45,886 bases of DNA from an uncultured Candidatus Saccharibacteria bacterium (lineage in GTDB: Bacteria > Patescibacteriota > Minisyncoccia > Phycocordibacterales > UBA918), in contig CAZFBT010000002.1 of NCBI GenBank assembly GCA_964517185.1, forward strand, positions 1 through 45,886, read 5' to 3'. The translations under genes and the position numbers were made by a program. Positions within the stretch are counted from its first letter, which is position 1. The number at the start of each line of letters is the position of its first letter. Below are positions 44,448 to 45,886 of this stretch, one piece after another. Below the pieces are notes generated by a model, which was not told where the DNA came from, ran no database searches, and saw nothing but the letters and a program-made list of their open reading frames with translations.

Positions 44448-45886
44448 AAAGAAAATGTTCTGCGTATGACTGTCCTCGCTCCTTCTTCAGAAACTTCTAT
44501 AGCGGGTGTAAGTCTTTGTCCAAGGAGCTCTGGGAGAGGAGCATATTTGGAACTTGGGACTGCTGTATATGCTGATTTAACACCGAAGAGCACGTCACGT
44601 TCGGGGGTTGGTATCCCGATGACATCTATAATGACTATGGTTTTCCTTGAATGCGTGATAGTGCGTTCAAATGGGACTGTACTCACTTTGGAACCGTATA
44701 TCATCCCTCTGCGCAAAAACCTCTTCAAAAGTTTCTGTATCCCTCTGAATCGTCCAAGGACCAACTGCCCTGCCTTGAAAGGTAGCATGATGTTCGTTCT
44801 AAGTAGTGGCTCTTGAAGATACGATGCGAACCCTCTGACATGTAATTCATTGCTCTCGTATGAGACGACATTTCCATCATTCAGTACACCAGTTGATAGC
44901 ACCCTCCCTGAATTCCGTATCTCAATGCCGCAGTCGTAATAGACTTTTTTCCCAGAATAGATACGAAATGCACCACCCTTCCTGCCATTCGCTGCCAGAA
45001 AGAAGTCTGTGTTCAATTCCCTTAGAAGAGTGCTCTCGGCAAAGTATCTTGTGTTTGCGGCAGGTTTGAAAACCTTTGGGGGCGATTCGATTCCTGTCTC
45101 TATCCAGTTGTAGAGAATGTAGCAAAGGTAGCGATCATCGAGATGAGATGGAAGGACAGCACCCAGATACGGGAGAGCTGCTGAAGGAATGAGATACTCA
45201 GTATTACGCGCCATATACTCTCCTCCTGCAGTAAGATCCGGATGTATGAATGCTTCGATGAAGGATACTGCCTTCTGAATTGCCTCGCTCGGTTTCTTTG
45301 ATTTCGTGATTCGCATATATTTGTGGAGATAGCTCACCGTAAGAGAAAGATACCCGATATCCGGACCGCCGTATTCACTCCACCATCCCTCATCACTCTG
45401 CTTCATGAGAAATGAATCGAGTAATGAATCAGCCCGCTGAAGAAGCTCGCTATCATCACATAGAGTCCCTGCTGCACCAATCGCGCACACCGCGCCCGAA
45501 ACCTGATTGAGCACTATCTTCTCTTCTGATTCGGAGAGGAAGCGAGCAGCCTTTCTAATGATTGGCCTAAGGATATTCGCCTCAGGAATATCAATACCAC
45601 GCGAATGCAGGAGTAGAAGCGTTTGGCACAGTGCAGCGGTAAGAAAGGCCGTTCCAACATAGGAACCCTCGTTAATGTACCATTCATCGAATGACCCATT
45701 CTTGCGCTGAAGTATAGCAGTGAAGGAAAGCGATGCACGAATCCATTTTAAGAGCTGTTCGTCTTGATAATACTGGTTGCCTTTGAATTCTGATGTATAC
45801 AAGAGCGCAAGAGTATAGACAGCTTCCTGATACCGACACGAGCTGATGTCATTGGTACGGTAATGCCAAAAAGCGCGGTCAAAGGA
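44444..45886 (-). CDS. alpha/alpha-toroid plus beta-sandwich protein (heparinase II/III-like or terpenoid-cyclase-like fold), 5' end outside the window
   Basis: The track start at 45802 is a TTG. The frame stays open to position 45886 (SFDRAFWHYRTNDISSCRYQEAVYTLAL-LYTSEF...). Q...G.(W/F) repeats are present (QRKNGSFDEWY, QSDEGWWSEYGG). The function is not assignable. Confidence 0.6.
   Translation of the reverse strand, partial: SFDRAFWHYRTNDISSCRYQEAVYTLALLYTSEFKGNQYYQDEQLLKWIRASLSFTAILQRKNGSFDEWYINEGSYVGTAFLTAALCQTLLLLHSRGIDIPEANILRPIIRKAARFLSESEEKIVLNQVSGAVCAIGAAGTLCDDSELLQRADSLLDSFLMKQSDEGWWSEYGGPDIGYLSLTVSYLHKYMRITKSKKPSEAIQKAVSFIEAFIHPDLTAGGEYMARNTEYLIPSAALPYLGAVLPSHLDDRYLCYILYNWIETGIESPPKVFKPAANTRYFAESTLLRELNTDFFLAANGRKGGAFRIYSGKKVYYDCGIEIRNSGRVLSTGVLNDGNVVSYESNELHVRGFASYLQEPLLRTNIMLPFKAGQLVLGRFRGIQKLLKRFLRRGMIYGSKVSTVPFERTITHSRKTIVIIDVIGIPTPERDVLFGVKSAYTAVPSSKYAPLPELLGQRLTPAIEVSEEGARTVIRRTFSF

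Overview
This 45.9-kb bacterial window is almost fully coding, and nearly every gene is on the minus strand. All family assignments come from reading motifs by eye; no searches were run.

A housekeeping core (gatB, obg, secA, murB, a VTT/DedA-like protein and a DUF360 membrane protein) is interleaved with three accessory modules.

(i) 1-11.5 kb, cell-surface module. It holds a partial secreted glycine-rich-domain protein and an antitoxin-less MazF/PemK-like toxin. It also holds a 2421-aa secreted phage-tail-fibre-like giant protein with internal segmental duplications and an auto-processing-type C-terminus. Two paralogous membrane-tethered HTH proteins complete it.

(ii) 22-24.8 kb. A sat-cysC fusion (PAPS synthase) is followed by a RelB/RelE cassette. 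The cassette is bracketed by 19-bp direct repeats, G-free TCTAT-type tracts and a 21-bp GC hairpin.

(iii) 24.8-45.9 kb. A secreted LCAT-type lipase is followed by an AT-richer glycan locus of about 18 kb. The locus encodes a flippase, three to four methyltransferase-fold proteins, a carbamoyltransferase, a KdsB-like cytidylyltransferase, a SIS isomerase, an IMPase-family phosphatase, two dehydrogenases, two GT4 enzymes, a GT-C-like membrane protein and two unassigned large proteins.

My best candidate for an undescribed system is the translationally coupled operon at 1625-10043: HTH-TM protein, then giant fibre, then MazF-like toxin. The glycan/PAPS locus and the repeat-bracketed TA cassette come next.

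Seven operon-first genes carry a -10 hexamer only 6-11 nt upstream of the ATG and have no Shine-Dalgarno, a leaderless-type architecture.

I saw no rRNA, tRNA, CRISPR array, transposase, integrase or reverse transcriptase. The gene content fits an uncultivated, possibly Patescibacteria/CPR-like bacterium, but that is inference only.
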